DNA of 64,000 bases, taken from the NCBI GenBank assembly GCA_016179745.1, contig JACPCP010000017.1:2626-66625 (forward strand), given 5' to 3'. This document shows positions 1 through 9,480 of this stretch, piece by piece (the stretch's first letter is position 1; each line of letters begins with the position of its first letter). Made by a program: the position numbers and the translations under genes. Source of the stretch: Candidatus Omnitrophota bacterium (lineage in GTDB: Bacteria > Omnitrophota > Omnitrophia > Omnitrophales > JACQLI01). The notes under the pieces were generated by a model. It ran no database searches. It was given only the letters and a program-made list of their open reading frames with translations, and was not told where the DNA came from.

Positions 1-2
1 AG

Positions 3-1010
3 CGAAAGACAAAGATTATTACGTATATCACCAGTGACAGGCCTGGAATAAATTCCATGATCGAAGATTCAATGTTGCGGGAATTATATGATCATTTAAA
101 GCCCATCAAAGGACAAAATATCGATCTATTTCTGTACAGCAGGGGCGGAGCTTCTGTCGTTGCTTGGGGACTTGTTAATTTGATTCGAGAATACGCGAAA
201 AGGTTTTGCGTCATCATTCCCTATAAGGCGCATAGTTGCGCAACGGCTATGGCGATAGGTGCCGATAAAATTGTAATGGGAAGACTCGCTGAGTTAGGTC
301 CCGTGGATCCGACAATCGCAACAGTCAAAAAAGGAGAAAGACTGGACGTCTCCGTTGAGGATATGTCGGGGTACATTAATTTTTTGAAAAATAAATTTGA
401 AATTAAAGCGGAAGATCAAAGCATTAAAGCTTTTGAAAAATTGGCGGACGAAGCTTCCCCCCTAACTTTAGGAAGATCTTATCGAGAATATATTAAAGCT
501 CGGGAGGATACTAAAAAACTGTTGTCTTTCGCTTATGAAGATAAAGCCATTGACAAGATCGTTGAGATCTTGGTGGAAAAACTTTACTCGCATTTCCATT
601 TGATTAATCGTAAGGAAGCAAAAGAGGCGATAGGTTTAAATGTAGAATATGCAGACGATGACTTAGAAAGCTTGATGTGGGATCTTTATCTTTACTACGA
701 GCAGGAACTGCATTTCAAAACACCTTATGAAGATAGTCTTCCGACTTCGGGCACGTACATTGATGTTCCATTGGCAATTATTGAAAGTGAAGCTTTAAAA
801 AGCACAAGGTGTGCCCGTCAATGGTATTCGGCAACGCAGCTACCAGATAATTCCAAAATCGTTCAGGTAAACAGTCAGCTAGGGATATTGTTGCCAAGTT
901 CTAATGTTTTGCCAATAGCTCCCAAGCCAGGCGCAAGTTTTTCTGATATTGGCAGAAAAATTTATGAAAAGCGAGAAGTCGTTTTGTGGGAACAAACGAA
1001 AGATCAATAA
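3..1010 (+). CDS. SDH-family (ClpP/SppA-fold) serine protease, 5' end cut by window edge
   Basis: The frame is open from nt 3; [18 protein letters not shown] precedes the first ATG at 57. The core [24 protein letters not shown]...[30 protein letters not shown] fits the 'serine dehydrogenase proteinase' ClpP-like family pattern. Its TAA stop overlaps the hsdR ATG (TAATG at 1008-1012). Confidence 0.6.
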   Translation, partial: RKTKIITYITSDRPGINSMIEDSMLRELYDHLKPIKGQNIDLFLYSRGGASVVAWGLVNLIREYAKRFCVIIPYKAHSCATAMAIGADKIVMGRLAELGPVDPTIATVKKGERLDVSVEDMSGYINFLKNKFEIKAEDQSIKAFEKLADEASPLTLGRSYREYIKAREDTKKLLSFAYEDKAIDKIVEILVEKLYSHFHLINRKEAKEAIGLNVEYADDDLESLMWDLYLYYEQELHFKTPYEDSLPTSGTYIDVPLAIIESEALKSTRCARQWYSATQLPDNSKIVQVNSQLGILLPSSNVLPIAPKPGASFSDIGRKIYEKREVVLWEQTKDQ

Positions 1011-4000
1011 TGCCCCACGTCATCACCGAATCAGAAGTTGAGGAGCTTGCTCTAGATATTCTTTCCGAACAGGGCTATGAAGTTGTCCACGGCCCGGACA
1101 TCGCGCCGGACGGGCCTAGTCCTGAACGGCAGAGTTATTTGGAAGTCGTCTTGATCCGCCGATTGCGCGATGCAATTGACCGGCTCAACCTGAAGATCCC
1201 CACTGAAGCCAAAGAAGAAGCCCTCAAGCAAATCCTCCGCTTAGAAAGTCCTGATTTGGTCACCAACAATCACCGCTTCCACAAAATGCTCGTCAATGGC
1301 GTGGATGTGGAGTTTCGAGAAAGGGCAGAGATTGCTTCGCCCGGAAAGCGGGCTCGCAATGACGGCGCTTTTCGCAGTCCCGTTAGGGGCACGACCTACG
1401 ACAAAGTTTGGCTGTTTGATTTTGAGAGTCCGGAAAATAATGAATTTCTAGCGGTCAATCAATTCACTGTCATTGAAAATAATCACAATCGCAGGCCGGA
1501 TATTGTTCTTTTTGTAAATGGCTTGCCGTTGGCGGTGATTGAACTAAAGAATCCGGCAGATGAAGATGCGACGGTTTTAAGCGCATTTAAGCAGTTTCAA
1601 ACCTATAAAGCTGAAATTACCTCTCTCTTCAATTTCAACGAAATCCTTGTGGCAAGCGACGGTTTTGATGCCAAGGCCGGAACGATTACCTCGGAGTGGG
1701 AACGATTTCAGCCGTGGAAAACGATCGATGGCAAAGAGAGGGCACCCAGCGCCACTCCTCAAATCGAAGTGCTTCTAAAAGGGATGTTCAATAAAAAAAC
1801 CCTGCTTGATTTGGTTCAGCATTTCATTGTTTTCGAAGAAAAAAGCAAAATACTCGCCGCCTACCATCAGTATCATGCCGTCAATAAAGCGATTGACGCA
1901 ACGCTTGAAGCCGCGAGCACGAAGGGAGACAAACGATGCGGTGTGGTGTGGCACACCCAGGGTTCCGGCAAGAGTTTGAGCATGGTGTTTTATACCGGTA
2001 AATTAGTTTTGGCAGGAGAAATGGAAAATCCAACGGTTGTGGTTCTCACCGACAGAAACGATCTGGACGACCAGCTCTACGGCACTTTTTCGCGGTGCAA
2101 TGAACTTTTGAGACAGGCACCGGTGCAGGCGGAAACCAGAGCCCAACTGCGGGAATATCTCAATGTATCCTCCGGCGGGGTTATCTTTACGACCATACAA
2201 AAATTTTTGCCTGAGGAAAAAGGGGATACTTATCCTCTTTTGAACGACCGCAGAAATATCGTCGTGATTGCCGACGAAGCCCACCGGAGCCAGTACGATT
2301 TTATCGATGGTTTGGCTAAGCATATGCGCGACGCCTTACCAAACGCTTCTTTTATTGGGTTTACCGGAACGCCTGTCGAATTGAAGGACCGGAATACGCA
2401 GGCGGTTTTTGGAAACTACATCGACATTTACGATATTCAGCAGGCCGTGGATGACGGGGCCACGGTGAGAATTTATTACGAAAGCCGTCTCGCCCGGCTG
2501 GAACTCAAGCCCGAGGAACGGCCGAAAATCGATCCAGGCTTTGAAGAAGCTACCGAAGGCGAAGAAGTCAGAAAAAAAGAGAGGTTGAAATCAAAATGGG
2601 CCCGGCTTGAAGCCATTGTCGGGGCTGAAAAAAGGATCAAACAAATTGCCAAGGATATTGTGAATCACTTTGAAGAACGCCTGAAAGTTCTCGAAGGCAA
2701 GGCCATGATCGTCTGCATGAGCCGACGGATCGCTGTGGACCTTCACGAGAAAATCGTGAAATTGAAGCCGGAATGGTACCACAAGGACGATGATAAGGGA
2801 GTGGTTAAGGTCATTATGACCGGATCTGCCGATGACGGACCCGAATGGCAGGAACATATTCGCAATAAACTTCGCCGCCGCACGATTGGCGACCGCATGA
2901 AAGATCCAAATGATCCGCTTAAGCTTGTGATTGTGCGAGACATGTGGCTCACAGGGTTTGATGCGCCGTCGCTTCACACGATGTATCTCGACAAGCCGAT
3001 GCGTGGGCATGGTCTGATGCAAGCAATTGCGCGGGTGAACCGTGTGTTCAAAGACAAACCCGGCGGATTGATCGTAGATTATTTAGGAATTGCAGACGAT
3101 TTGAAAAAAGCCCTCGCCGAATACACCGAAAGCGGAGGCAAAGGGGCACCGGCTTTTGATCAGGAAGAAGCAGTTGCCTTAATGCTTGAGAAATATGAAG
3201 TTGTTTCTGGAATGTTCCACAAATTTGATTTCAAACCATTCTTTAAAGCCAACGTTACAGAAAAGATGACCATCATCACACAGGCGCAGGAACATATTCT
3301 GGAGCAGAAAAACGGTAAGGATCGCTACCTTGCTTATGTGACCCAGCTTTCCCAGGCATTCACACTTTCCGTTCCTCATTCCAAGGCGCTGAAGATTCGG
3401 GATGATGTTGGATTCTTTCAAGCAGTGAAGGCGCGTCTTGCCAAATATGAAACCGGCACGGGTAAGACGGATGATGATCTCGACTCCGCTATCAAACAAA
3501 TCATTTCCAAGGCGATTGCTTCAGACAAGGTGATTGATATTTTCGCAGCGGCGGGATTGAAGAAGCCCGATATTTCGATTCTCTCGGATGAATTTCTGGC
3601 CGAAGTCAAAGGCATGCCGCATAAAAATCTGGCTTTTGAATTGTTGAAAAAACTTCTGAATGATGAAATCAAGGCGCGGTCCAAGCGGAATTTGGTTCAA
3701 GGACGTTCATTTGCCGAGATGCTTGAAAGTGCGATTCGAAGATACCAAAACAAGGCCATTGAAGCGGCGAGAGTGATCGAAGAGTTGATTGAGCTTGCCA
3801 AGAAAATGCGTGAGGCAGAAAAGCGGGGCGAGGGTCTTGGCTTAAGCGAAGATGAAGTTGCTTTTTATGATGCGCTTGAGGTCAATGACAGCGCCGTTAA
3901 GGTGCTCGGCGATGAGACATTAAGAACCATTGCCCGCGAACTCGTGACTACGGTACGCAATAACTTAACGATTGACTGGACTCTTAAGGAAAGCGTGCAG

Positions 4001-4630
4001 GCAAAATTGCGCGTGATGGTCAAACGGATTTTGAGAAAATACGGCTACCCTCCGGACAAAGAAAAAAAAGCTACCGAAACCGTGCTTGAGCAAGCGACTT
4101 TACTCTGCAAGGATTGGACAGAAAGTTCTGTTATTCCTGACGAGGGCAAACCCTTATTTTTCAGTGATGTGATTCCGGATGGGAGCATCAAAGAAGGGTA
4201 TCTTCCCGTTTATGACCTTCGGGTTGCGGCGACGTCTTTTAAAGAACAACCCACGCCCGAACCCATCGTCTGGAAACCTGTAAAAAATCGGAAATTAAAT
4301 GGAGATATGTTTATCGCCCAAGTCGTGGGTAAGTCGATGGAGCCTAAGATTCCTGACGCGAGTTTCTGTCTCTTCCGGTTTGAGCGCGGTGGTTCTCGAA
4401 ACGGTCTTGTGGTCCTTGCGGAATCGCGGCTTGTTACCGATCCTGAAACCCATCAGAGCTTCACTGTGAAGCGCTATAAAAGCGAAAAAGAATACTTCCC
4501 CGACGGCCGGTGGCGGCACAAGAAGATTACTCTTTCGCCTGACAACAAGGATTTCAAAGACATTGTTCTCGAAAACGTGAACGAAGATGACTTTCGTGTC
4601 GTCGCCGAGTTTCTGGAAGTGCTGGCATAA
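1010..4630 (+). CDS. hsdR: Type I restriction enzyme R subunit (HsdR) with extra C-terminal S24/LexA-like peptidase domain
   Basis: The N-terminus [25 protein letters not shown] and [19 protein letters not shown] form a nuclease core. The DEAD/helicase motifs are [43 protein letters not shown] and QAIARVNR. I prefer the ATG at 1010 to the ORF-track start at 986. Confidence 0.9.
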   Translation: MPHVITESEVEELALDILSEQGYEVVHGPDIAPDGPSPERQSYLEVVLIRRLRDAIDRLNLKIPTEAKEEALKQILRLESPDLVTNNHRFHKMLVNGVDVEFRERAEIASPGKRARNDGAFRSPVRGTTYDKVWLFDFESPENNEFLAVNQFTVIENNHNRRPDIVLFVNGLPLAVIELKNPADEDATVLSAFKQFQTYKAEITSLFNFNEILVASDGFDAKAGTITSEWERFQPWKTIDGKERAPSATPQIEVLLKGMFNKKTLLDLVQHFIVFEEKSKILAAYHQYHAVNKAIDATLEAASTKGDKRCGVVWHTQGSGKSLSMVFYTGKLVLAGEMENPTVVVLTDRNDLDDQLYGTFSRCNELLRQAPVQAETRAQLREYLNVSSGGVIFTTIQKFLPEEKGDTYPLLNDRRNIVVIADEAHRSQYDFIDGLAKHMRDALPNASFIGFTGTPVELKDRNTQAVFGNYIDIYDIQQAVDDGATVRIYYESRLARLELKPEERPKIDPGFEEATEGEEVRKKERLKSKWARLEAIVGAEKRIKQIAKDIVNHFEERLKVLEGKAMIVCMSRRIAVDLHEKIVKLKPEWYHKDDDKGVVKVIMTGSADDGPEWQEHIRNKLRRRTIGDRMKDPNDPLKLVIVRDMWLTGFDAPSLHTMYLDKPMRGHGLMQAIARVNRVFKDKPGGLIVDYLGIADDLKKALAEYTESGGKGAPAFDQEEAVALMLEKYEVVSGMFHKFDFKPFFKANVTEKMTIITQAQEHILEQKNGKDRYLAYVTQLSQAFTLSVPHSKALKIRDDVGFFQAVKARLAKYETGTGKTDDDLDSAIKQIISKAIASDKVIDIFAAAGLKKPDISILSDEFLAEVKGMPHKNLAFELLKKLLNDEIKARSKRNLVQGRSFAEMLESAIRRYQNKAIEAARVIEELIELAKKMREAEKRGEGLGLSEDEVAFYDALEVNDSAVKVLGDETLRTIARELVTTVRNNLTIDWTLKESVQAKLRVMVKRILRKYGYPPDKEKKATETVLEQATLLCKDWTESSVIPDEGKPLFFSDVIPDGSIKEGYLPVYDLRVAATSFKEQPTPEPIVWKPVKNRKLNGDMFIAQVVGKSMEPKIPDASFCLFRFERGGSRNGLVVLAESRLVTDPETHQSFTVKRYKSEKEYFPDGRWRHKKITLSPDNKDFKDIVLENVNEDDFRVVAEFLEVLA
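1331..1363 (+). repeat. In-frame mini hairpin element (ATTGCTTCGCCCG-GAAA-GCGGGCTCGCAATGAC) inside hsdR
   Basis: Nested inverted repeats attgc/gcaat and gcccg/cgggc. It encodes [11 protein letters not shown] directly after the codons R-A-E (1322-1330). Related copies lie at 16930-16956 and 29353-29391 in the giant ORF. Confidence 0.55.
4198..4627 (+). other. S24 (LexA/UmuD-type) peptidase-like domain fused to the HsdR C-terminus
   Basis: [14 protein letters not shown] resembles the LexA 'PLxGxVAAG' linker. VVGKSMEP at 4328-4345 matches the GDSMEP catalytic Ser motif. FTVKRYK carries the catalytic Lys, and the region ends in a beta-rich tail. It lies beyond the usual end of the HsdR core (...[14 protein letters not shown]). 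Confidence 0.65.
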
Positions 4631-4679
4631 ATGCATAAACACAAAATCTTCATCAGTGGAGCGCAGGAGGAATTGAGCG

Positions 4680-5762
4680 ATGACATTTAATCCTAAATTT
4701 ACGATTACCCCGAAGATCAATAAAGCGCTCGTGGAAATCGAGCGCGTGCGTGGGTTTTTGGATGCGATCAAGCTCAAGGAGGATTGGATTAGCGACATGC
4801 AGAAGCAGGCGCTCATCCTTGAGTCCCACCATTCGACGCATATCGAAGGGACGGCGCTCAGTCTTGAACAAGCCAGGAATATTTTAGAAGGTAAAAAGGT
4901 TGCCGGGGTCAGCCGGGAGGATGAAAGGGAGCTTTTGAATTACAAGAGGGCGATGGATTTTATTTCAAAGTATCTCGGCAAGGACGATCCGGTGACCGAA
5001 GGCACGATCCGCGAACTCCACAAAATCACTGTCATGGGCGTCCGAGGCGGACAAGCAGATCCGGGCAATTACCGGAAGATTCAGAATTATGTCGTCAATT
5101 CCAGGACCCGGGAGGTGATTTACACTCCGCCGCCTCCTTTAGAGGTCCCGCATCTTGTGAAAGAGTTTACGGATTGGCTGAAGAATGCGGAGGAGGTATC
5201 GCCTCTTCTGGCGGCCGGGATCGCTCAATTCCAATTCGTTCACATCCATCCCTTTATTGACGGCAACGGCCGGACAGCCCGTTTGTTATCCACTCTGATT
5301 CTCTATAAGACCGGCTACGATTTTAAGCGCCTCTTCACCCTCTCCGAGTATTACGACCAGGACCGGCCGGCTTACTATCAAGCGATTCAATCCGTGCGGA
5401 ATCACAAGATGGATATGACCGTGTGGCTGGAATATTTCGTCGAGGGACTCCACTCGCAGATGAAGGAAATACAGGCTCGAGGCGAGCTCCTAATCAAGGC
5501 TGAGAAAATTTCTAAAGTCTTCGCTCAGGAAGCGCTGAATAAACGGCAAGAAAAGGTCCTTAGGCACGTCTTCGTTCATGAACGGATTACGAACGAGGAA
5601 TGCCAAAGACTTTGCGGGAGCATCAAGCGCACGGCTACTCGAGACTTGACGGGCCTTGTTGTAAAAGGCATTTTGGAGAAAAGGGGGGAGAAGAAGGGCA
5701 CTTATTACGTTTTTTCACCGGATTCCATCCGAAAAATAAGGGACATTAAGGGACAAGGATAA
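4680..5762 (+). CDS. Fic/DOC family protein (AMPylase-type) with C-terminal winged-helix-like region
   Basis: Carries the canonical Fic motif HPFIDGNGRTARLL. The N-terminal helical region has SHHSTHIEGT. Confidence 0.9.
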   Translation: MTFNPKFTITPKINKALVEIERVRGFLDAIKLKEDWISDMQKQALILESHHSTHIEGTALSLEQARNILEGKKVAGVSREDERELLNYKRAMDFISKYLGKDDPVTEGTIRELHKITVMGVRGGQADPGNYRKIQNYVVNSRTREVIYTPPPPLEVPHLVKEFTDWLKNAEEVSPLLAAGIAQFQFVHIHPFIDGNGRTARLLSTLILYKTGYDFKRLFTLSEYYDQDRPAYYQAIQSVRNHKMDMTVWLEYFVEGLHSQMKEIQARGELLIKAEKISKVFAQEALNKRQEKVLRHVFVHERITNEECQRLCGSIKRTATRDLTGLVVKGILEKRGEKKGTYYVFSPDSIRKIRDIKGQG

Positions 5763-5791
5763 GGGACATTGTGGGACATCCTTGTGGGACA
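5740..5791 (+). repeat. Five phased direct repeats GGGACA(T/A)
   Basis: GGGACA occurs at 5740, 5750, 5763, 5773 and 5786, giving spacings of 10/13/10/13 bp. The array spans the fic stop codon, at the boundary between the AT-richer island and the GC-richer core. Confidence 0.6.
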
Positions 5792-5950
5792 TTGTTACCG
5801 TGATACCGCTGTGACATTGACTGTGATAAGGCATGACGTGGATTCGGAGGCGTTACCGGGTGTGCGTGCGGCCTGTGCGTTGACAGGGGTGGGGGGGCGT
5901 GTTATATTGGCCGCCAACAATCGCCGTAAGGAGCTTCGCTTCAACCCGTT

Positions 5951-8947
5951 GTGAAAAAAATATCCCGCATTTTAGTGACCTTCGCTGCCTCCAGTATTCT
6001 TTCCCTTTCCTTCCACTCCACCCTCCTGGCCTACTGGGTCTGGTCTCCGGAGGCCGGCAAGTTCATCAATTCGGAAGAAACCGTCCAGGGGACCGCCGAA
6101 GAGCAGTACAACTATGCGATGGAATTCTACAAGAAGAAGGATTTCAAGGAGGCGGCCAAACAATTCCGGATTCTTCTGAAAGCCTACCCGGCCTCGCAAT
6201 CGGCCTCGGAGGCCCAATTCCGCCTTGGCGTGGTCCAGGAAGAACTCGGAGATTACAACCGGGCCTTCAGGGCCTACCGGGACCTTCTCCAGAAATACCC
6301 GTCGAGTGACCGGGTGGCCGAGGCCGTCAAACGGGAGTTTCGAATCGGAAATCTCTTTCTCTCCGGAAGGAAGGCCAAAGTGCTGGGCCTCGAAATCCTT
6401 CCGTCCGGCCCCAAGGCCGTGGAAGTCTTCAAGCACCTCGTTGCCACGGCCCCCTTCAGCGAATGGGGGGACAAGGCGCAGTTTCACCTGGGGCTCGCCT
6501 ACAAGAAGATCAACCAGTTTGACGAGGCCATCGATGCCTTTCAGGGCGTGATCGACCGTTATCCGGAAAGCAAGCGGGTGGCCCAAGCCCGTTTTCAGAT
6601 TGCCGACACCGCCTACCTTCAATCCGTCGCAGCGACCCGGGACCAAAAGGTGATCGATCGGGCGTCGGAAGAGATCGACCGTTTCCTCCAGCACTACCCC
6701 GACTCCGGCATTTCGGACAAGGCCGCCAAACTCCGCCAGGAAATCGACGAGAAAAACGCCGAGAAAAATTACCGGATCGCCCTTTTTTATGAGAATGAAA
6801 ACTTCCTCGACAGCGCCTTCGTTTATTACCGGGACGTCTCCTCCCGCTATCCCCACACCCAGTGGGGCGAGAAGGCCCTGCAACGGCTGGAGGCCCTGGA
6901 GAAACCGGCCGAGTATCTGAAGGCCCAGGAGGCGGAGATCGCCTCCCGGAAGGCCGGGCTTTTGAAGAAGATGGAGTCTGCCGCCGACGAGGCCCAGAGA
7001 AAAGAATGGGATTGGCAATTGAAGCGCCTTGAGAAGGAGCAAAAGGAAGTCGGCCATTCCAAGGGGGAAACCTTAAGGCGCCGCCGTTCCGCCCTCAAGC
7101 AGAAGGAGGCCGAGCTTCGGGAAGGCCGGAAGGCCCTCAAGGCGAAAAAGAAACGGTTCGCCAAAAATCCATCTGAAGATTTGCAGGCCGCCTTCAAACG
7201 CTGGGAGGAGTCGCTGGAAAAGGAAGAGGCCCGGCTCGTTCAGGAGAAGATGATGATCGAAAAATGGGAGGAGAGCCTGGGCGTCAGCACGGAACCCTTT
7301 TATTCCGATTTGATCCCCTTCGGCAAGGAGGCCACGCCCTTGGAGCAGATCCGGAAAACGGAGGCCAAACGTCTCAGTGAGCTCGCCAAGGCCAACAAGG
7401 AACTGCTCGAGAAAAAAGAGGGCCTTTACCGGGAATATGAAAAGCTGCTGGCCCTCGAAGGAGCGCTGGCCGGCGGTGGAGAAGGACTTATGGCAGGGCG
7501 TTCCAAGCTTGATTCGCTCCGGGCCGAAGCAGAATCTTTGGAGCGGCAATTGAAAGAGAAAGAGGCATTTTATGAAGCCCAATTCGGCAAGTCTCCGCTG
7601 GTCCGGGTTTTGCGGGCGCCCCAAACTTTGATCGAACGCTCCGTCGACGTCCTGAATCCCTTTGAAGGGGATCCCACCAAGGACTGGGACTCGAAGTCCC
7701 GGGACGAACTGGAATCCCTGGAGTCCCACTGGCGGGAGAAGGCGGCCGCTCAAAAAGTTTTGGTGGATACGATTGCTCAGGCCTTCGATGAAGAGTTGGC
7801 CGTGGCCGAGGAAAAGCGGCTGCTCTCCAAAGTTGAGGAAAAAGAAACAGACCCTGCCGGTCTCCGCCGCTCCATCAAACAGCTCGAGCGGGAGATCCGG
7901 GGCCGTTACAGCGAAATTCAAGACCGCAACGCCCGGAAGAATGAACTCCTGGAGAAACTCGAACAAACCCTTCAGGGGAGAAGCGGCGAAAAAGCAGGCG
8001 GCGGCAAAAAGGGAGGCGTTCTCGCTCCCGTGAGCGGCGCCTTCAAACTCGGAAAGGCCTTTTTCTTCGGGCTCCCGGAACGGGACGTGACCCTGACGAA
8101 GGAAGCCGAACGGCTTCAAACGACGGGCGCCCCAGCGGCCCAGGCGAAGGCGCTTCGGGAAGAGATTGAGCTCGAAAGCGTCCTGATCGAGACAAGGAAT
8201 CAGGAAATCGGGCGGCTGGAGCGGGAACTCGATGCGCTCCGGGCCCGGGCCTCGCTTTCGGGCGCTCCACCGATCCGGTCGCTCCTGGTGAAATTCCCCT
8301 ATGTTTTTATTCGTGAGGCCATTGTGAGCGCCCGCCGGCTTGTGCCGAAGGAAAACCGGCGGGAGAAATTGATCGAACAGCTGAACCGGGAGACGGACGA
8401 ACTGGGCCGGCTCAAAGAGGAGCTGGCGAGGCTGGAGGATTTGATTGCGAAAAAATCTCCCGGAAAGGCACCCAAACGGAGGAAGGATGCTCCAGTGGCA
8501 GCCGCCGTTCAAGAACCTGCCAGAACGGGGAAGGCCGTTGATTCAGCGATCCTTCAAGAAGAAATCCGCTCCCTCGAAAAGCAGCTTCAAGTGAAACGGG
8601 AAAGTTTTGAATCCGAGCGGGAACGGTTTGAATCGAGCCGCTGGGAAAAACTTTCCGAGAGCCGGGGAAAGGCCCGGACGGAGAAGATCCTCGAACTGGA
8701 GGAAAAATTGGCCGGATTGATCGGCGAGGAAAAGAAAATCCACGAGGAGGAGACGGACCTCCTCACGAAGAAAAAGGAACTGGTCGATCAATTTTTGAAC
8801 AAGCTCCCCAAGGATTTGTTCGGCAAAGACCTCCACCTTGAAAAAGAGGAGATCGAAAGCCGCCTGAACCAGCTTCAAAAACGTGACAGTGCGCTCGGTG
8901 AAGAAATCAAGCGCCTTCGTCCTCAGGCCTTTCCCCCCTCCTCATGA
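5951..8947 (+). CDS. BamD-like TPR protein with ~650-aa C-terminal coiled-coil extension
   Basis: GTG start and a signal-like N-terminus (MKKISRILVTFAASSILSLSF). TPR repeats follow with BamD/YfiO-like wording (AEEQYNYAMEFYKKKDFKEAAKQF, AQFHLGLAYKKINQFDEAIDAF, ESKRVAQARFQIADTAY). The rest is a very long E/K/R/L-rich heptad-like sequence. There is no lipobox Cys. Confidence 0.5.
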   Translation: MKKISRILVTFAASSILSLSFHSTLLAYWVWSPEAGKFINSEETVQGTAEEQYNYAMEFYKKKDFKEAAKQFRILLKAYPASQSASEAQFRLGVVQEELGDYNRAFRAYRDLLQKYPSSDRVAEAVKREFRIGNLFLSGRKAKVLGLEILPSGPKAVEVFKHLVATAPFSEWGDKAQFHLGLAYKKINQFDEAIDAFQGVIDRYPESKRVAQARFQIADTAYLQSVAATRDQKVIDRASEEIDRFLQHYPDSGISDKAAKLRQEIDEKNAEKNYRIALFYENENFLDSAFVYYRDVSSRYPHTQWGEKALQRLEALEKPAEYLKAQEAEIASRKAGLLKKMESAADEAQRKEWDWQLKRLEKEQKEVGHSKGETLRRRRSALKQKEAELREGRKALKAKKKRFAKNPSEDLQAAFKRWEESLEKEEARLVQEKMMIEKWEESLGVSTEPFYSDLIPFGKEATPLEQIRKTEAKRLSELAKANKELLEKKEGLYREYEKLLALEGALAGGGEGLMAGRSKLDSLRAEAESLERQLKEKEAFYEAQFGKSPLVRVLRAPQTLIERSVDVLNPFEGDPTKDWDSKSRDELESLESHWREKAAAQKVLVDTIAQAFDEELAVAEEKRLLSKVEEKETDPAGLRRSIKQLEREIRGRYSEIQDRNARKNELLEKLEQTLQGRSGEKAGGGKKGGVLAPVSGAFKLGKAFFFGLPERDVTLTKEAERLQTTGAPAAQAKALREEIELESVLIETRNQEIGRLERELDALRARASLSGAPPIRSLLVKFPYVFIREAIVSARRLVPKENRREKLIEQLNRETDELGRLKEELARLEDLIAKKSPGKAPKRRKDAPVAAAVQEPARTGKAVDSAILQEEIRSLEKQLQVKRESFESERERFESSRWEKLSESRGKARTEKILELEEKLAGLIGEEKKIHEEETDLLTKKKELVDQFLNKLPKDLFGKDLHLEKEEIESRLNQLQKRDSALGEEIKRLRPQAFPPSS

Positions 8948-9471
8948 AAACGCTTCGGAACGTATTCCTTTTTCTTTTGACGTGCGCCGTTTTTTTCCCG
9001 TTGGGGTGCGGCTACAGCCGGAAGACCGTCCTTCCAAAAGATATCAAGACGATCCACGTCGGCACTTTCAAGAATAAAATCCCCGCCGGCGACATTTATG
9101 CCTACGAGCCCGGCCTCGAAATCAAAATCACGAATGCCATCATCCGCAGGCTCCACCGGGACGGGAATCTCCAGGTCGTTCCGGAGGAGAAGGCTGATGC
9201 GCTGCTCGAGGGCGACCTCATCGAGTTCAAACAGGAGGGGCTTCGTTTCACGGGCCTCGAACGGATCGAGGAATACCGGCTTTATGTCATCACGGCCCTC
9301 CGGCTCCTCGACCGGAAAACCGGCGAGCTGATCTGGGAGGAGCCGAATTTCTCGGGCGACTCCAGCTATTTTGTCCTTGGGAGCCGAGCCACTTCCCGGG
9401 GCGAGGCGGCCGAGAAGGCCATTGACCGTCTGGCCCGCCATGCCGTCGACCGCATCGTCGAAGACTGGTAA
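8944..9471 (+). CDS. LptE-like outer-membrane lipoprotein
   Basis: Lipobox FFPLGC-GYS. The size and pattern (IHVGTFKNK..., ADALLEGDLIEF, YRLYVITALRLLDRKTGELIW) fit LptE-type lipoproteins. The position directly upstream of holA matches the conserved lptE-holA arrangement. ATGA overlap with the upstream gene. Confidence 0.5.
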   Translation: MKTLRNVFLFLLTCAVFFPLGCGYSRKTVLPKDIKTIHVGTFKNKIPAGDIYAYEPGLEIKITNAIIRRLHRDGNLQVVPEEKADALLEGDLIEFKQEGLRFTGLERIEEYRLYVITALRLLDRKTGELIWEEPNFSGDSSYFVLGSRATSRGEAAEKAIDRLARHAVDRIVEDW

Positions 9472-9480
9472 TTTCCCTCC

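Noticed and set aside
5769-6309. Small plus-strand ORFs 5769-5954 and 5899-6309 between fic and the BamD-like gene
   Set aside because: They overlap the repeat array or the start of the BamD-like gene in other frames. Their composition is Pro/Arg/Gly-rich and they have no supporting signals.
5972-8512. Long minus-strand ORFs (5972-7057, 7073-8512) opposite the BamD-like gene
   Set aside because: These are shadow frames of a repetitive E/K/R-rich coiled-coil coding region. The translations are Gly/Leu/Pro/Phe-rich with no motifs.
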